From: Capsulimonadales bacterium
Lineage (GTDB): Bacteria; Armatimonadota; Armatimonadia; Armatimonadales; Armatimonadaceae
Assembly: GCA_033762295.1 (NCBI GenBank)
Contig: JANRLW010000051.1
Span: 1 to 64,000 of the forward strand
DNA: 64,000 nucleotides
Direction of reading: 5' to 3'
Shown here: piece after piece, positions 60,890-64,000 of the stretch
Position numbering within the stretch: position 1 is the stretch's first letter
How the letters are laid out: each line of letters starts with the position of its first letter
Made by a program: the position numbers and the translations under genes
Notes under the pieces: generated by a model
What the model was told of the DNA's origin: nothing
Databases searched by the model: none
The model's input: only the letters and a program-made list of their open reading frames with translations

Positions 60890-62192
60890 CAACGGTCACG
60901 TCACCGCCTCCCACGGCAAAAGCCACCCGGCCATATCGATCCGCGGCTTGTCGAAGATGTATCGCCTGGGGGGAGCCGCCGAACCCTACCGCACCGTTCA
61001 GGAATCGCTTCTGCATCGTCTGCGGAACCCGCTTGAAAAGGCGGAGTTTCAGCAGTTCTGGGCTCTGCGGGATATTTCGTTCGATGTCGAACCGGGCGAT
61101 GTTGTCGGTGTGATCGGGCGCAACGGTGCAGGGAAGTCGACTCTGCTGAAAATCCTTTCCCGAATCACTCGCCCTACGCAGGGAGAAGTGATCCTCCGCG
61201 GTCGAGTCGGAAGCCTGCTGGAAGTTGGGACCGGTTTTCATCCGGAGTTGACCGGGCGCGAGAATATCTACCTGAACGGTTCCATTCTCGGGATGAAACG
61301 TCATGAAATCGAAAGGCAGTTCGATTCGATTGTCGAGTTCGCCGAAGTGGAAAAATTTCTGGACACCCCGGTCAAACGTTACTCCTCGGGAATGTACGTT
61401 CGACTGGCGTTCGCGGTCGCCGCGCACCTGAATCCGGAGATTCTGATCGTCGATGAGGTACTGGCGGTCGGAGATGCCCAGTTTCAGAAGAAATGTCTCG
61501 GGAAAATGGGGGAGGTAGCGCAGGGCGGACGCACCGTCCTTTTTGTCAGTCATAACATGGGAGCGGTTGCCACGCTGACAAAACACTGCGCTTTTCTTGC
61601 CAAGGGACAACTGGTGTCGTTCGGTCCGACCGAAGAGGTTCTGCGCCAGTATTCACAGTCCGGCCAGGCGCAGAACGACCTGGTGTACAGCGCCGCGTCG
61701 TCCGAGGAGATGCCACGGGTCACTCGTGTGGAAGTGATCACGACCAGCCCCGACAACGTTCAGATTTGCGGTAGGCCCATGGAGGTGATTGTCGAAGTAT
61801 CCACGCCCGAACCTATCCGGGGCTGTCGACTTTCGTTTCAGATCTGCAACGAGTTGGAGCAACCCATCGTCCATCTATGGTTGTATGATTCCGATCGCCC
61901 GATCTGCCGGGAACCGGGCATCTATCGCTTCCGCTGCCGCATTCCTCATCTGCATCTGTATCTGGGGCGCTATTCCTTGACCGTCTACCTGGGTGAGTTC
62001 TTCGGGGGCCAACAGTTTGAAAAGATCGAACTGATCTGCCCCTTCGATGTCGTCATTCCCGACAAACAGAAGGAAGGTGGCTGGTTCCGAGGGACCTGCG
62101 CCTACCTTGAAGAAGGGGATTGGGACGTGGAAACGTTGTCGCCCTCGCAAACCGTGTCGCCGATGGCCGGCAAAGTTATCTCCGTCCTCTGA
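60879..62192 (+). CDS. wzt: ABC polysaccharide export ATPase with C-terminal Wzt domain
   Basis: GRNGAGKST, YSSGMYVRLAF, IVDEVLAVGD, plus about 170 aa beta-rich C-terminal extension. Confidence 0.92.
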   Translation: MSSNNGHVTASHGKSHPAISIRGLSKMYRLGGAAEPYRTVQESLLHRLRNPLEKAEFQQFWALRDISFDVEPGDVVGVIGRNGAGKSTLLKILSRITRPTQGEVILRGRVGSLLEVGTGFHPELTGRENIYLNGSILGMKRHEIERQFDSIVEFAEVEKFLDTPVKRYSSGMYVRLAFAVAAHLNPEILIVDEVLAVGDAQFQKKCLGKMGEVAQGGRTVLFVSHNMGAVATLTKHCAFLAKGQLVSFGPTEEVLRQYSQSGQAQNDLVYSAASSEEMPRVTRVEVITTSPDNVQICGRPMEVIVEVSTPEPIRGCRLSFQICNELEQPIVHLWLYDSDRPICREPGIYRFRCRIPHLHLYLGRYSLTVYLGEFFGGQQFEKIELICPFDVVIPDKQKEGGWFRGTCAYLEEGDWDVETLSPSQTVSPMAGKVISVL

Positions 62193-62231
62193 TTTCCGTG
62201 TGACGCTTTAGGAAGAATCACCGTGCATCTC

Positions 62232-62948
62232 ATGAACGAATCCACCCCGTCGCTGGCGGATGAATTTCTTCATCCGAGGTCCGATCCGGCCTTTCTTGAT
62301 AAGTATTTCCATCGCTGTAATCTTCTGCAGGCGGTGAAAGCGGAACTGCCGCACCTTCATGGAAGACTGCTCGATATCGGCGCGGGCGATATGCCGTACA
62401 AATCGTTCATTCTCAATGCCGGACGCGTCACCGACTACATCGCTCTTGATCTGGAGGTGACGGCCTATTCCAAACCGGATGTGGTTTGGGACGGGCGGAT
62501 CATGCCCCTGGGCGACGCCACATTTGATTGCGCGATGGCAACGGAGGTTTTCGAACACTGTCCCGAACCGGAAATCGTCATGCGCGAAGCATACCGTGTC
62601 CTCAAACCCGGCGGCCTGCTTTTCCTGACCGTTCCCTACCTGTGGCCGCTACATTGCGCTCCGTACGACGAGTACCGCTACACGCCGTTTGCGCTGGAAC
62701 GGCATTTGCGTAACTCGGGCTACGAGGATATCCGTTTACGCCCACTTAGCGGATGGGACGGCGCCCTGGCGCAAATGATCGGCCTCTGGGTTCGTCGCCG
62801 ACCGATGGGACCGCGCAAACGTCAGATTTTGTCGATGGTTTTGCGTCCTCTGATCCTGAAACTGATCGGTATGGATACTCCGAACGAACCGTTTGGCGAG
62901 GGCCAGATGCTCACCGGGCTTGCCGGCACGGCCCGGAAGGCGTCCTGA
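62232..62948 (+). CDS. Class I SAM-dependent methyltransferase
   Basis: LLDIGAGDMPY, TEVFEH, RVLKPGG, H..PYDEYRYT. Start may be GTG at 62223. Confidence 0.9.
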   Translation: MNESTPSLADEFLHPRSDPAFLDKYFHRCNLLQAVKAELPHLHGRLLDIGAGDMPYKSFILNAGRVTDYIALDLEVTAYSKPDVVWDGRIMPLGDATFDCAMATEVFEHCPEPEIVMREAYRVLKPGGLLFLTVPYLWPLHCAPYDEYRYTPFALERHLRNSGYEDIRLRPLSGWDGALAQMIGLWVRRRPMGPRKRQILSMVLRPLILKLIGMDTPNEPFGEGQMLTGLAGTARKAS

Positions 62949-62965
62949 CCTTGAAAGGCGCCCGT

Positions 62966-64000
62966 ATGGCCGAGGAAAGACGTCCGACCGTATGCGTGGT
63001 AACGCCACAGCGGGATGTCCTCAGTGAAACCTTTATTCGTGCCCACATTGAATTGTTGCCGCTCCCGGTCTACCCTCTTTACGGTGGCTACCCTTTCCTC
63101 TCCGATGCCGAAGGCCGATGGCTGGCCCGTCCTTCTCCGGCCTATCGATTGCGACAGCGGGCGGCGCATCTGTTGCGGCGCGACTCGGATGCGGTTCGGA
63201 CGGCGGCGCATCTGAAACGGCACCAGGTTTCGGTCGTGCTGGCGGAATACGGCCCGACCGGTGCATTGATGCTACCCGCCTGCCGTCTGGCGAACCTCCC
63301 GATGGTCGTTCACTTCCACGGTTATGATGCGACGCAAAAGGAGTGCCTGGCGGAGTTCGGGGCGGCATACCGGGAGATGTTTGCGTATGTCTCCCGGATT
63401 GTCTGCGTCTCTCATCAAATGCATCGTCATCTGGTCGCACTCGGTGCGCCGGAGGAGAAACTTCTGCTCAGTCCGTACGGAGTGGATGCGTCGACCTTTG
63501 CGGATGCCGTCCCGGAAAATGCCCCCCCGGTCTTTATAGGTGTTGGCCGCTTCGTTGAGAAGAAAGCCCCCTACCTGACGATCCTCGCTTTTTCGAAGGT
63601 CGTGAGCGCTGTCCCGGAGGCGCGTCTGGTCCTGATCGGCGACGGCCCACTGCTCGGACCCTGCCGTCGACTGGTCGACGCGTTGCACCTGGGCGACACG
63701 GTCGAACTTCCGGGCGCACGTCCCCATGCCGAGGTAGCCGACCGGATGCGGACCGCACGGGCGTTTGTCCAGCACTCCCTGCAAGCCGCCAACGGGGATT
63801 GCGAGGGGACGCCGGTCGCCATCCTCGAAGCCGGAGCCTCCGGTCTTCCGGTCGTTTCCACCCGTCATGCCGGTATTCCGGATGTCATCGTCGAAGGACA
63901 GACCGGTTTCCTGACGAATGAGGGGGATGCGGACGGCATGGCGGACGGAATGATCCGTCTGGCCAGAGACCCGTCACTCGCCGGCACCCTGGGCCGAGCC
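62966..64000 (+). CDS. Glycosyltransferase family 4 (WcaL-like), 3'-truncated by window edge
   Basis: Manual translation from ATG 62966: MAEERRPTVCVV...SETFIRAHIE...HFHGYD...GRFVEKK...EGTPVAILEAGASGLPVVSTRHAGIPD; absent from the ORF track because there is no stop. Confidence 0.9.
   Translation, partial: MAEERRPTVCVVTPQRDVLSETFIRAHIELLPLPVYPLYGGYPFLSDAEGRWLARPSPAYRLRQRAAHLLRRDSDAVRTAAHLKRHQVSVVLAEYGPTGALMLPACRLANLPMVVHFHGYDATQKECLAEFGAAYREMFAYVSRIVCVSHQMHRHLVALGAPEEKLLLSPYGVDASTFADAVPENAPPVFIGVGRFVEKKAPYLTILAFSKVVSAVPEARLVLIGDGPLLGPCRRLVDALHLGDTVELPGARPHAEVADRMRTARAFVQHSLQAANGDCEGTPVAILEAGASGLPVVSTRHAGIPDVIVEGQTGFLTNEGDADGMADGMIRLARDPSLAGTLGRA

Overview
GC-rich bacterial chromosomal window. 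Gene content (SigH alongside diderm-type export proteins, many sugar-active enzymes, expanded ECF sigmas) is suggestive of Armatimonadota; this is inference only. In order: a 5'-truncated WD40/Ig-like/caspase (C14) protein carrying six tandem KPIQ(L/M)GS heptads with recoded DNA; GH78 rhamnosidase; two small hypothetical genes; YfhO-like and TPR genes; sigH and two convergent ECF sigma/anti-sigma/accessory triads (one with a TPR protein, one with a double-STN protein); sodA, a phytanoyl-CoA dioxygenase-family gene, AraC and SDR; tRNA-Val(GAC) followed by a decayed islet (integrase N-terminal fragment, intact FitA/VapC toxin-antitoxin with a FitAB-type operator, IS3 remnant); glmS; sugar isomerase, GH10 xylanase and LacI-AraC regulator; K+ channel and aqpZ; peptidases; a mosaic ORF/MFS junction; secreted internally duplicated proteins; and a large surface-polysaccharide region (SLBB export protein, Wzz/Wzc-like, Wzy-like, MurJ-like flippase, glycosyltransferases, epimerase, then Wzm/Wzt, methyltransferase and a GT running off the end). 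The best novelty candidate is the RHIM-like IQLG repeat array inside the WD40-caspase; the ECF/double-STN triad is second.
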